A stretch of 64,000 nt of DNA from Harriotta raleighana (taxonomy: Eukaryota), in NCBI GenBank assembly GCA_050575255.1, contig JBNZDD010013568.1, positions 1,171,243 through 1,235,242 on the forward strand. The letters are read 5' to 3'. Shown here one piece after another: positions 40,705-53,894 of the stretch (position 1 is the first letter of the stretch; each line of letters opens with the position of its first letter). The notes below the pieces were generated by a model that saw nothing but the letters and a program-made list of their open reading frames with translations, was not told the DNA's origin and ran no database searches. The position numbers and the translations under genes are program-made.

Positions 40705-41462
40705 GATTGATCTGTACAATTCAAAGCCAAAGAATGAGACAGAGATCATTTAGATTTAACAAAGTGATTGTGACTGGAGAAAATTGACAGACGTGAAATT
40801 GAAAACATTTAAACTCGATGGAAGGACGGAAGATGTAAGCGATATTGACAAAAAGTTTCATGTGAAAGATTCAATTTATCTGTAGTTATGTTTTAGTAGT
40901 CTCTCACATCTCACTTCAATTACTATTATATTTTGTTGACTTAAACTCTGATGCTACTGTTAATGCAAGAAAACTCAATAAATCTTATGTTTCGATTACA
41001 AAGTCTTCTATTTTACATTCAGCTGAGGATATTGGTCAAATTCTTAGACAACAGAATGAAGCGGAACACAAGCTGCAACTCGCTGAGTACACAGAAAAAA
41101 GCTAATAGATTATAACTATATATTTAAAATCTTTACATTTGACACAGTGCCTTATGTTGTTGAGAGATCACAAAGCTCTTCAGAGGATATACCAGAGGGC
41201 GGTGTTGCTATGTGTATTTTATGGACGATGGTATGAATACCATCTGATTTGTTGTGCATCAAAACGTAATTCCATGTAATACTTCTATATATACATATAT
41301 ATAACGTATATATGCAATAATGTTAAGGTTACATGGCAGAGAACTGTGAAGCACTTAATAATGTACAATGGAAAGAGAGATATAACTGATAGTAAATTTA
41401 CTCTGACAATGTCAGTCTAACTGAAGTGAGGGCAAATTTCAAATGCCTGGTGTTGTTTAAGA

Positions 41463-41502
<40 letters not shown>

Positions 41503-41503
41503 A
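41463..41503. repeat. (TC)n(AC)n compound microsatellite
   Basis: Seen directly. Confidence 0.95.
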
Positions 41504-42389
41504 TGCACGTAAGCACGCACGCGTAGCACATCCAGCTTACTTTCATTCCTTATCTCTGTATAAGCTGACAAGACAAAACAGTTGACATTTTCATTGCATC
41601 TTAAATAACAGCCCATCCCGGTAAAGGAAAATATATTTTTTGGAACCATATTATTCACTTATCAGGAATTTGCAGTGGTTAAGTTTCCTTGTTGGGGAAT
41701 TGCATCCCTAAATTGAGGTGGAATAGAAGATTTTCCAAACTGTAAACCTTTTACACAGTTACGCTTTAAACTGAATGAGCTGTCATTTGGTGGATTTCAA
41801 AAAGGAGATCAAACATATTATACCAAAAAGGATGCTGTCAAATTTGCACTGTAAATATGGGAAACCCTATAATCCAGTCAAAGAAAAATACACCAGCTGA
41901 GCAGCAGTTAACACGCCGGGTGCAACTGGAAAATCTTTTTGGATTTTCAATTTCTATTCACTCAACGTACAAATTGGACTCTGCAGGGCAGTGGGAAACT
42001 GTTCAGAGACAATTTTATACCAGCCTCCACTCAAATTGCATTCCTGTCACAATAGCACTGTACAGAAACTGCTGACTCTCCTCCCCTTTAACTAAACTGC
42101 CAGAGGAAAATAAATGCTACAAACAGCTACAATCACAGCCATTGCCCACCAAACACTTCAGCAGCACTTGTTCTTTACAAACTCAACCAGCATGAGAAAA
42201 ACACATACAGAGCTAATAGTGAATTGTCATGGGAAAAAAATAATTGTATATATCTATACTGATAGACAAAATGTTTGTCTGTCAAGAACGCTAGACTGAT
42301 TGACAAAGAGACATGATTTATACCTCATTGGAATGGTCTGGCATGGGGAGTGTCATGGGCATATGTTTTCAGGTTTCCTCCATAGTTCT

Positions 42390-42760
42390 GCTGATGACTC
42401 AGTTGGCTGTCACTGACTGGTGTGAAATTGTCAGTAAAAGTATATTAAGGATTGGGTGATGAATGGAGAGGCATCATCAATGTGGAATTTGAACACAGGA
42501 GCGGGAACAGAGTACTAGGGAACTCAGAGCTGATGGATAAAGAGTCAGAAAATGAGCCATCAACCACAGCTCAGAGTCATTCAAGAGGAAACAAGTTAAC
42601 TGTAATTATAACTTTGATGACAGATCCCGTAATAGGAACTGAAGGCTTTGGAAACATCCAAGGGAATGACAAAAGCATTAAACTATTCAAGAGGAGAGTT
42701 CCAGAAGTCCATAACAAACAAGATCAATGGAGTGAATGGTCATGCCAAAAAGCACTCTAG
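42390..42760 (-). mobile_element. Degraded L2-like RT fragment
   Basis: Minus strand 'gagttccctagtactctgttcccgctcctgtgttc' resembles GVPQGSVLGPxLF. Confidence 0.45.
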
Positions 42761-43314
42761 CATCTGTGGATTAATGGAGCATAGATAATTAATGTCACTT
42801 AACACTCCTCGGATATAAAGTATTTTGGAAAGAACTATGAAACTGAAGAACATCACATTCAGTCTAGGTCACCCTGACCCCAACTGAAATAACTTGGAAT
42901 ATTAAACTCCACTTCAACATCTATTTTTTTCTTCTTCTCTATCACAAGCATTTTTTTTTGGCTCCTCTCATTATAGCAGTGCTTTTCTTACAATTAATAA
43001 TACAATTCCCTATCCATTGCTTTTCTTGTTACTTTTTCGCTGGGATCATGCCTGAATTTATTTATACAAATCTCAGTTTCCCTTAATCTGCTTGACTGTC
43101 TATCTTTAGTTCTCCCAGTTGTGCACCCCAATCGATCTCTGGTTTCCATACTACTGTCTTTAATTGATTATTCACATTATCTTCTGCTCAGTTCCTTTTT
43201 CATTACATCTCTGTGCTTCTCATTGCAACAGTTAATAACATGACCACATTTCCATTATAACCTTGACTCTGGTAATCTGCGAACCTAAAATCCAGGAGTC
43301 TACTCCAGCCCAGG

Positions 43315-43764
43315 AGGTCAGTACACCTGCATACTCCCCTTTGGTGACATCATCCACAGACATGTCAATTTCCACGTGTAGATGACACCCAACTCTATCT
43401 CTCTGCCTCTACCCCGAATCCAGGATCACGGCTGTCCCAATAGACTGCCTGTCCTGGATGAGAGCTAACTTTTTACAATTGAATATCAACAAGACCGAGG
43501 CTCTCTCGATTAGCTCGCGCCAGCGCCTTTACCCATCAAGCACTGCTGCATCAACCTCAATGGTTGCACACACAACCTCACCAAGACAGTCTGGAATCTA
43601 GGTGTCTTGTTCGATCCTCAATTGTCTTTCTTTCCTCACAACCAAGCCATGATCCGCTCTAGCTTCCCTCACCTCCGCAATATTGCCTGACTCCGCTACT
43701 ACCTCATCACCTCAGGCTGCTGAAACCCTCATTCTTGCCTTCATCACATCCCAGTTCAACTACA
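43315..43764 (+). mobile_element. L2 ORF2 reverse-transcriptase fragment (frameshifted)
   Basis: DDTQLY, WMRANFLQLNINKTE, NLGVLFDPQLSF, HLRNIA*LR and AETLILAFITS motifs in the expected order; abuts a minus-strand L2 tail at 43764-43835. Confidence 0.9.
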
Positions 43765-44029
43765 ACAACAACAAAATTACATTTATAGAGCGCCTTTCAT
43801 GTCCTCTTGACGTGTAGGGCGCTATACAAGGGGGAGACAGTGAATTGTTAAGCACACTTATTTTAACATTCTTCTCGCCTGGCTCTACAAGAACTGTACA
43901 AGAAAAATTGAAAAACTAATGCTTACAGATTAAGTATTTAAAAATAATATTTTACAAGTAGTTGTAGATAGCTGAAAATGTGAAACAAAGCGAGTGAGTT
44001 GAAAACCACTGATATGCTACTAAACTCTA

Positions 44030-44850
44030 TATCTAACACTATTATTGTTGGACATGTCAAAGTAGAAGCACTAATGACGTATCAGAAAAACAACCTGGTT
44101 CAGTTACAGCACAAGTTGAGGTTTTGTTCAACTGAAACCAGATACATGGCAACATTTGAGCAGGACACTGAAGACAGTCTAGTGTATACGTCCAACAAAA
44201 TCATCACTGTAAACTTTAAGCATACAGCTTTATCATTGGATAAATATTTGGTGCAGTTACATCAAAGATTATTGAAGTTATGGGAGTTTCTGAAATACAT
44301 TGTTCATTAATTGAAGAAAGAGTTTAGAGTGTGCTGGAGATCAGAACAGCAACATACCCAGATGATGATAGATTGAATAGGAAGGTGCATGGAATTAGCC
44401 AAGGCCTTAACTCAACATCTTTCTAAATAATATGCAGACCAGCACCACCTGCTTTCCATTGATCCACAGTCAGAAATGTAGAAAGTGTTTTCATTTGTTT
44501 GTATGAAGGAATCGTCTGACAGTCATTTACAGCAAGTCTCTTTGATGTGTGCGTCTTGAAGGAGAAGTCATTTTGAACCAGCTGGAAACACTGTCTTGTG
44601 CATTGATATGACATTCATGGTGGGATCTGTTGTAATATTTATGGTAAAGTAATGTGTGTTGAAAGCACTGAGAGATAGATGTCACTGTGGCAGATGGAGT
44701 GTCGCACCAGAATTTGATCTTTAAATGGCAAAGGCCGTTTAACAATATAAAATACAGTAGGAGCAAAAGGTGCTAAAATCAAGCGCCAATCTTCTAGCAG
44801 TCTGGCCTGCAGGTACATATACCTGTGCTGTTGATTCAATTAAGAGCTGC
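44030..44850 (+). pseudogene. Decayed Gypsy/GIN-Ginger-type integrase relic
   Basis: Colinear remnants: CWTCQ (44046), FGAVTSKII (44247), IRTATYP..RLNR, HLSK*YADQ, and LIFKWQRPF (44723; GPF/Y-like); stops and frameshifts. Confidence 0.45.
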
Positions 44851-45194
44851 CTTGGCGTCCGCTGTGAAGATATTCGCAATCTCCACTTTGGCTGATTGCG
44901 GAAGCATGACAGCAATTGTACAGATGGAGTAAATGTGAGATGAGAAAAGTAATTTGTGATTGTTTTCAGTAATACAACAGCAAGTGAAGAGGAGTAGGAC
45001 TGGAGGTTTTGGAGAAACTGTCACATGGCTTAAACCAAAATTATGTTCATGTCCTTTTTTTTTACTCAATTCACATAATCTGTCAGTTACTTGATGGTTA
45101 ATCTCTGTCTTCTCCCCCTCCTCTCAATCAACTTTGCCTCTCCAAAGCATGACTGTCTATCCCACTCTGATTAGTTAGCACATTAACCATCAAA

Positions 45195-45376
45195 ATAATA
45201 ATAAATTGGTTATTTCAATCCACGACTGTTTGTGAGACGCTGCTGTGCATAATTGACTGCCGAGTTTCGCCCACAAATACATAATCAATTCACTTTACAG
45301 TATATTCTGTGAAGCACTCTGAGTCATCTAAAAAATATGAAAAGCACTTTATCAAATGCAAGGATTATTATTATTC
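45195..45376 (+). mobile_element. SINE family A, 3' half
   Basis: Matches 40510-40700. Confidence 0.85.
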
Positions 45377-45467
45377 TACCATGAATTCAGAAGCTTCTTT
45401 TACACAAAGGAATCTTCACTTTTTCTACTATGCAGCGGTTGAATTACTAAAGGCCATTTAACCTTTA

Positions 45468-45498
45468 ACGCTTTATTGTATAAAATACAATAAAGCGT
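45468..45498. repeat. Perfect 14-bp inverted repeat with a 3-nt loop
   Basis: acgctttattgtat-aaa-atacaataaagcgt. Confidence 0.95.
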
Positions 45499-45551
45499 GA
45501 TCAATTTGTTTCTCTGACTGTGCTGTTCCATTGCTGCCCTCATCCAACAAT

Positions 45552-45728
45552 CCAAAGAGTTGATTCCTGATCTGTGCTGAGTTGATGAATCTCAGCAGGA
45601 GTACAGCTATGAGTGCTACAGAGATGAGAAGCCTGGATGCTGGCCACTATTTATTGCCATCTACAATCGAACAAGGTGCCAATATGTATTGTTTGGATTC
45701 GCATGTGAAGAATAGCCATTTTGGAAAG
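45552..45728 (+). mobile_element. LF-SINE-like, internally deleted
   Basis: 'ctgatctgtgctgagttgatgaatctcagc' and 'gcatgtgaagaatagccattttgg' match the 5' and 3' blocks of LF-SINE as recalled. Confidence 0.6.
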
Positions 45729-46950
45729 TTATACAGTTCTGAATGTAATATATCAGTGAGAATCATCGCTTGCTAGGAGAGAAATTATAGATTTTAAAGA
45801 AAGATGAATTATGTCAATCCCCCTTGTTACAATTTGATGAATTGCTGTTTCAGACCCAAACTTCCACACTGTTAACCTTGGGGTTTGGGGAAGCTGCGAC
45901 TGATTTGTATCAGATTCCAATTCTCTCTTACTCTCCATATAAACCATCCCCAGTTTTTTCATGAAGGCAATTTAGGGAAGAATCCATCTTACGCTTCATC
46001 GCAGCCTAAAATATTAACATCATGAATAAGTTCTTTTGTAGGATTATAAAACACGTATTTACACTAGGCAAGAAAATTCCCCCAATGATGACATTACAAC
46101 TCAGTGAAAACATTACAAGTATTTAATGATATCAACCATGTGAAGAAAGCATGTGGTGCATGAAAGCCATCAGCCAACTTGACCCATATAACAAATCTGC
46201 ACCAAAATGATCCGCTCGGCCACTCTTAAACCTCATTATCCTGCCTGAGCTCATTGAGGCACAAAGCATATGCTGCTTTCTATTTAATCTCCTCGTGCAA
46301 CACACTCATTTCATCAATCTACTGCACAAAACAATTTGTAATTTAAAAACATATCGCTCTCTGCAGACTAATGAAATCCATTTGATTCCCTCTCTGCATT
46401 ATACTTGAAATACGGCCTTTCCATAGTTTAGACCAGTACTGTATACACAAGCCTGATATTTTGCCTTGCCTTTACAATGCTGCAGCTTGATGTTGTAATC
46501 GAGTCTACTGCAGCAAGACAAGCATTGGTGACAGGCAGTCACACTGTCACACTTGTTCAGGCAACGTCACACTGTTTCTGATCTTTCTCCATATCTGTAG
46601 CAGTCACGACTAGTGAAAAATAATAGCTATTGTCACAACATCTAAGTATATGTTTGTGAGAGATTCTAGCAATCTCTCACCTCCGGGAAACAAATGGGCA
46701 GTGTTTCCACGGATGAACAGATGCTTTAGCAATGTAAGGGAGGAATTTCCACTTCATCATCCCAAATAACGTTTCCATCAAAATAATTTTTCATGACATT
46801 CTAATGCAGTGTATGACAATGCATAAAGCAAAATAATCTGGAACGAATGTGACATCTGTCCTAAAACCAGCAATCAGAAAACAATCACTTGGCCCAGCTC
46901 AAATCCTTCAGACCCTCTGCTAGGCACTCGGGTAACCCCGAACAATTTCA

Positions 46951-47178
46951 CAAGAACATAAGAACATAAGAATTAGGAGCAGGAGTAGGCCATTCGGCTC
47001 CTCGAGCCTGCCCCGCCATTCAATAAGATCATGGCTGATTTTCTGACCTAACTCTAATTACCTGCCCTATCACCATATTCCCCTAATCCCTCTATTTTTA
47101 AAACAAATTATCAGTCTCAGCCTTGAAAATGTTCAAGGACTGAGCATCCACAGCCGTCGGGGTAGTGAATTCCACAAC
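46951..47178 (-). mobile_element. CR1 3' terminus with 8-bp tandem tail
   Basis: (aagaacat)2 followed by 'aggagcaggagtaggccattcggctcctcgagcctg...gtgaattccacaac'. Confidence 0.9.
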
Positions 47179-48565
47179 TAAGTGCCTTCTCGCTTTCCAA
47201 AGTCACAGCTGAGTTTATGGCTGTGGCTACAGTGTTTTTTAAGTACAAGAATGCTGCAAAGATGGGAGTAACAGGAAAGCTGCGTGTGGCCAGACAGAAT
47301 GCCACCCACCTGAATAGTTATATCAATTCTCACAGTAGGAAACAGAATTAGGAAAATACGTGAAATCACAGAGGGTAGTCTAATTGATAATACACCACCA
47401 CATTTCTAAAGATTCAACAGACTCCTATAGCACTCCAAGCACTAAATTACGACTTTGATAGGTAAAGCTGCTTAAAAAATAATAAAAATCTGGTAACAGC
47501 AGTCTCTGGTTTAACTAATATGTCCAATGCAATTCTCCAAATTTAATAGAATGTAAAATCCTTTTCACTTTAGCCTATGTGTCCCATTACACTAATCTGT
47601 CAGGACATTTTTTCTTATTATTTCAAGATAAGCTTGTCTTCTCTATTTATCTTCGACCACACACTCATTGCTCCTTAGACCTCCAGCTGTGAGCTCAGAG
47701 GCAGCTTCTCAGAGGTCATGCAAGTGGAATAACACCCCCAACACATTTTCCTCCTCCCTCTGCAATTCCTTTGGATAAGTATTCACCAGGCTAATCGGAA
47801 GCATGTCCGTTGTATTTTGATAGCTTGTTATTCACTCAAAGAGAAAAACACTGTAATCCCATTATACCTTCAAGTCATTTAACATTTTATACATTAAAGT
47901 AACAACCAAGTTGTCAGTATTAATTATCACACTTGGAATGAATAAAGAATTGCATTTAGGAGAATCAAATCTAGGGCGACAAGTAATAGACGGTTGAAGT
48001 TGTAAAACAACCATGCTTCAGTTTAAACAGTAACAAGGGGAAAACCATTCTTGTTAGACTAAACCACTTTTATTCCAAATATCTTGGGCTCCAATCCCAT
48101 GTAGTATCATATCAACTTTCACCATTAGTCAAACTTCCAATGAAATCTGACCAATTTGACAAAAAGTTGTTTTAGTGAGCCAATGTTTGGAGCAGCTTAT
48201 CTCTCACTCCACATTAAGTTCAGAGTAATTAGAAACTAAAATACACCTAGTCTGTACAACGTGTAAATCTCTATCAGTTGGTAAATCTCTAATAGCTCTA
48301 GTTGGTAGCTTTAACAGTCACACAAAACTGAGGAATTTAAGCAACAAACAAGAATTCAATAAAAGAGAAAAATTGAAATATGTATTAATTCCTTTGCAAT
48401 TACACTGGCAGTTTTTGGGGAGGTGGTTCCCTATTCCAGACACAGTCTGTATTATTTAGTCTAGATTTGGCAATCAAACTAGATTTTTCTAAATTCTAAA
48501 ATGAATGAATGCACAATCTTGAATTGTTTCCAATGAGACAAATCATATCCTTTACTATCAGTTCA

Positions 48566-48725
48566 AATAATGATAATAATCCTTGCATTTGATATATATT
48601 CTAGACGTCTCAAAGCACATATACTGTAAAGTGAATTGACTGAATATTTGTAGGCGAAAAGAAGCGGCATTGCACAGCAGAGTGCCCAAAAACAGTTGTG
48701 GATTGAAATGACCAATTTATTGTTT
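48566..48725 (-). mobile_element. SINE family A, 3' half
   Basis: Reverse complement of the family tail and body. Confidence 0.8.
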
Positions 48726-50236
48726 TTATTAAGTGCGCATAAGTTACAATACTTTACTTTAACACAGCTTTACTTCAAATATACTGAAAATTCACTGCAA
48801 GGTCCTCAAAACAAAATATCAAATCAATTTGTTACAGCACAGCACTTACAAGTTTTATACATACAGATTTGTGACACAAATTGCACAATACTTGATCCGG
48901 ATCAAGTCCTACATTGGTTATTTAAATCTTCCTTGATAAGATGGCACCAATTAAATCTCCTCTCTTGAATGCTCTGTTACTGTATGCAAAGCCTGAGTGT
49001 AATGAGATTTTCCCAGCTTTTTAAAATGAGTCCTTTTGAAAGCTGACAAGTTCCTCTTTGATATACAGACTGATGTGGCAACTAATATTTCCACTCAAGC
49101 CGTAAATTACCCTCACAGGTTTCAAAACCATTTGCAGATTAAAAATAAATGGCATTTGCAGCTTTTAACATCCAAACTAGAAAAAACAGATTTTTACCTT
49201 ATCCACATATTGAAATTTGACAAAGAACCAGCTTGATTTGATCATAATTCCACGTTATGTCCAAGACCCACACTAGCCCAAACAATGTGGACCAGAAGCA
49301 TTTCTTTCCTGGGTTTCAGGCCCTATATTGCTTCTCACCTATATGATATTTAAACCTACTTTTCTGATCTGTTTATCCCAGGCCTGACAGATTGACTGGC
49401 TGTCCTGGAAGAGAGTCAGATATTGGACTAGGGTTACACTCATTAAAAATGGCACATGTCAGCACATTAGAGTACAGAAGCGGCGATTTCCCCAAGGGAA
49501 TGGACACAAGCTCACGACATGCTATGAATAATAAATATGGCTGACGTTAGCTCTCAGACCTTGCTGAGCTTACAAGCCACAGTACCCTACTGTTTTCTCT
49601 CCACACACACAGATGGAGCAAAAGTCTGTTCTGCTGCCAGAGTGTATAGCGAAGTAAAATCAATCTCGTTCTCTATCCTTTCAGGTTCATGGCTCTCACA
49701 AGAATAATGTTTAAGACGGTACTCACCACTTAACTGAACATGTAACTAATTTAAAAGCCCATTTATACTGCAAAGTACATGTTGTAGGGAATTCAATTCA
49801 GGCTCCAATGGAGGGAACTTTGCAGCTCAAATCCACTCGAGATATTGGAGTTAACATTCCAGTATAAAATTTCATCTCCTCCCTACTGGGTTTCGTATCA
49901 GTACGTCATCATATCACAGCACCACATCAGCACAGAGTTAACACAGCCAGAAAGTGAGGTCTGAATGTGTCTTTCACTCAGATCATTTCCAGGTAATGTA
50001 TGTTTCCAATGTGCGCTGGAACATTATCTGACTGTGCTGTTATCCATAATCTACTCTTTCATGTTTGGATTTAACATGTGCAGTAGTGGAATTTGCTTCA
50101 AGCGTTAGCCAACTGTGTGAATTATATACACAGTACAAATATAATAGCTGTCCTCGCAAACCTTGCATTATATAAAGAAATTGGTTACTTGCCCAGAAGT
50201 ACAACAGTTGCATTTGATATAAAAGCACTTCACACA

Positions 50237-50576
50237 ATAATAATAATAATAATAATAATCCTTGCATTTGATATAGCGCTTTTCACATCTTATCAACGTC
50301 CCAAAGCGCTTCACAGAATATACTGTAAAGTGAATTGACTGTATATTTATGGGTACAATGCGGCAGCCAATTGCGCACAGCAGCGTCGTCCCCCCCACAA
50401 ACAGTCATGGATTGAAATGACCAATTTTATTATTGTTGTATTTTTGGAGGGATTATTATTAGGCATGTGGAGTAAGGAAACTTGCCCAAGGTTTCGCCCT
50501 GATCTGCCGGGATTCGAACACAGGTCTCATGCTTATAAGACAAGTGCTCTAACCACTAAGCCACAGGAGCTCCACA
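50237..50576 (-). mobile_element. Full-length tRNA-SINE family A (young copy)
   Basis: Near-identical reverse complement of 40354-40704. Confidence 0.95.
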
Positions 50577-50636
50577 ATCAGTTACTATCAAATGCATGTG
50601 TAGTTACGAATGAATGGTATAGCTGATCTGCCAGAG

Positions 50637-50922
50637 ATAATAATAATAATAATTTGATATGGCGTTTTTCACATCTTCTAGACATCTCAAACCGCTTTGC
50701 AGAATGTATTGTAAATTAAATTTCCTGTATATTTTTAGGCAAAATGCGGCAATCAATATTGCGCACAGTAGAGTCGCACAAACAATCGTGGATTGAAATG
50801 ATCAATTTTTTTTTTTTCTTGAAGGTTTATTATCAGGCGTGTGGAGGAAGGAAACTTGCCCAAAGTTTCACCCTGCCTGGAAACGAACCCAGGCATCTTG
50901 CCTGTAAAGCGGGGTTAAACAC
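50637..50922 (-). mobile_element. SINE family A (older copy)
   Basis: Same architecture as the adjacent copy but more diverged. Confidence 0.85.
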
Positions 50923-52307
50923 CAAATTCAATCTGTATTTTTGGTTGTTGTGGGAGGAAACCTAGCCTAGATAGGTGGAGTAAATTCATTTTGAAGGAGT
51001 GTATTGCTGACCTTATAGCCAGAGGAACAGGCTGAGATTTTTACATCATTAGTATTTATGTTCAGAGAATGCTTGACTTCCGGCTGAGCTGCGACGTGTT
51101 AATCTAATTTTGCTACAACTGAGGTTCAGAATGTCAAGTTCAAGATTCAGCTTCCAGTTAAAACAGATTTTAATAAATGACAGATCTCAGGATTCTTCTC
51201 TCCCTCATTCCCCCCATCCCCCAGCCTCCCCCCCCACCCCAAAAAAAAATATCTTGATTTCCAACCAGCTAATGTTAGCATTATGGTAGCGTTAATGGTA
51301 ACTACTGGTAACCTCTACAGAATCGTTTCGCAAGGATAAAATGGAACTTTGTGAACTTGAAAGGAAAAATAAAAGTATGGTCTTGACATTCTTCATCTTT
51401 ACCCCTTCACAAGGCAGCACAAATCTGCTACAAGTCTGGCAGCTCGCCAACAAAAGGTTTCCAGGAAACCAGCCAACAACAACTTTGGCAAAAATGTCCT
51501 ATTTCCAGAGTCGCATTTAAATACTTTTCTTTGGTCAACAAAAAAGGAGTTATTTTAATTGATTTGTTCTTTCAAGCTTTCACATTTGTTGAGAACACTT
51601 CAATTCAGTTTCTAACCCAGCCTTCAGCAGAAAAACAAACCGAGCCTTTCACATATCTAACATCTGATGGTAACCGCTTCATTCAAGCGTATTGCTATAT
51701 GCCAAGGAATAAGATACTGCTGAGGCTTATTGAACTTTTTGCCTTTAGAATGAGCTGTTTTCAAAACATACTTTCAAGCATCCCAACTGAGAGCACCAAC
51801 AATGGCCTTCAGCAAATCCAAAGCTTCTCTCTGTACCATTCCCACAAAGTGAAAAGCTTCCATTCAGCCCATTTGTGATGGTTCAATTTTTGTCCATCCA
51901 CTCAACTAAACCACAACAAAGCTATCTTCCCAGGGCAAAAATAGGTGCAAATGAAATGATTTAATATCAAGGTAAATCACATGAAAACTTACACACACAT
52001 CCAAATACTCACAACACAAAATAATCGTCTTAGCAAACCATAACAGTTCTAAATTCAAATTTTAGATAATGGCTGAATTCCAACTATTGCTGGCATTGCC
52101 CAGACAAGGTGAACTGGCAATAAATGAAAAGGATGATCAAGTCTCTGAATGCAGACAGTAAAAAGTGAGATATAAAAAAATCAGTAGGGTAATCATCACA
52201 TATAAATTAAGTGAGCTGAAATGAACCTTAACCTGGATAATTGAGCTTTTAAACCAACTTGGCAGCCAGATAAGATTATCACAGCTGAATATATTGAGCA
52301 ACTCTTC

Positions 52308-52392
52308 ATGGAAAGTATGTGTGTGTCAAGACAGGATCAGGCTCAACGATTACCCTCTTCAAGATCAAACGGCCTGCTGGTTGCCACTCAGC
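52308..52392 (+). mobile_element. LF-SINE-like central fragment
   Basis: 'tggaaagtatgtgtgtg..gacaggatcaggctc...tcaaacggcctgc' matches the middle of LF-SINE as recalled. Confidence 0.55.
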
Positions 52393-52415
52393 AACTGAGC
52401 TCAAACAAGGAGAAT

Positions 52416-52570
52416 AAACGAAAGGCAAAATACTGCAGATCCTGGGAATCTGGTATAATCACAGAAGTCACTAAGAACATGCATCAGCTCAGGCGGTATC
52501 TATGAAGAGAGGAAAATTAGTTAACTGATGAAAGGTCATTGACCTGAAATGTTAACTTATTTTATATCTC
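52416..52570 (+). mobile_element. Palindromic hammerhead-core element (old copy)
   Basis: Left arm 'gcaaaatactgcagatcctgggaatctg...', then CTGATGA(52525)-A-AGGTC att GACCT-GAAA-TGTT. Confidence 0.75.
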
Positions 52571-53894
52571 ATGTTACTCTACTGCCAACATGAATTGCTG
52601 TGTTCAAGAGAGACGAGGAGAAGGAAAGTAGTTAGACATTAGCCCTAGACTTGTGTTCAGCCTTAAACATTATCTATTTCTGTGTCTTTAGACAGAGCTG
52701 TATTAGCACTCCATATCTCTTGAAAAAGTTGATATCCATCTATCCTTCAGAACAGGTCAGGCAATGTCAATTGAGTCTTTCCTTTTTCAAGGAGGTGCTT
52801 TCCAATTCGTAACAGGGAGGTTCCTACAAATCAATACAGAAGTCACGAGACTCCTCATATCTGTAAGAGCACACTGCTGTGTTTCATCACCTCTGGGACA
52901 CATCCTGGCCTAATGGGATATTGCCATACTCATGTTAAGAGGTTAGTAGTTTCCTCAACCACTATCTAAAGTGGAAATCCTTGAGTCTGTTGCACTTATA
53001 AAACAGTATTCACTCCACAATTAAGTGAATGCAACAAGATTTGAAGTCATAATTAATACATAAGCTGAGGTTGTGCTCTTTATTTTCATTTTCAGGACTG
53101 AGTATAACATACATGACCCTGGTACCAGAGCCCCAATATAAGAATGTGTCCAGGATGTACACTTCAAATTCAATTACATTCTTAGAATGTAAGAATCTGG
53201 TGGGCACTGGTGATCAGTTCCAGATGTTGACTGATGTATGATATATAACGTAAGAGGAATGTGAACATAGGCTCCTATGAATCTCATGCACAGAATGTCC
53301 TGCTGCACTTTCATAACTTTCCTCAGATGAGGCACTGGTGTTAAATATAGAAATAAATCAATATCAAAGAACCAGACTGGAGACTCAACATTTCAGTTTA
53401 CAATGTCAGTCTAATTAAGGAACAGTTTGACAGGGGACTGATTGGAGGATATGTCTCAAGCAATTTGTTGGCAACATCTGTGGGTATACATAAAATATGT
53501 GTTTAGTTATACAAAGAGAAAACTACAGTGAGGTGCAACAACCTCAAAGTAAAATGATTCAATTATTTGTCACTGTTTATGTTGATCTGATTGGGTTGTG
53601 TAACAGAGAACACAGGCAGAGTACGGAATGCGAGAATTGACTCGTTGAAATGTTTTCTGGAATGAAAATACAGCAATACTCAGCATACCAATCAATGTTC
53701 TTTACATTTTGCTAGTTTCAGATCATCAAACACAATTTTAACACTTTGATCACTGAATGTCCTGTGTAGGCTGTGTGTTCTGCTTTAGATTCATTTCTCA
53801 ATATGAAAAGGCTGAGCTCCAGAGAAATACATAAAATCAAACAATTTCTTGAAAAAATGCATCTTGTGGCACTAAAATTAAAAAAGTCTATCAG

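Noticed and set aside
40289-40710. ORFs similar to those at 50040-50626, suggesting a small gene family; also a tRNA-like head
   Set aside because: They are translations of SINE copies. The head has A and B boxes but no full cloverleaf and continues into the SINE body.
30978-43764. The L2 piece at 43315 ends where the L2 piece at 30978 begins (one split element?)
   Set aside because: The pieces are in the wrong order, 12 kb apart, and differ in apparent decay; coincidence among abundant L2 fragments is more likely.
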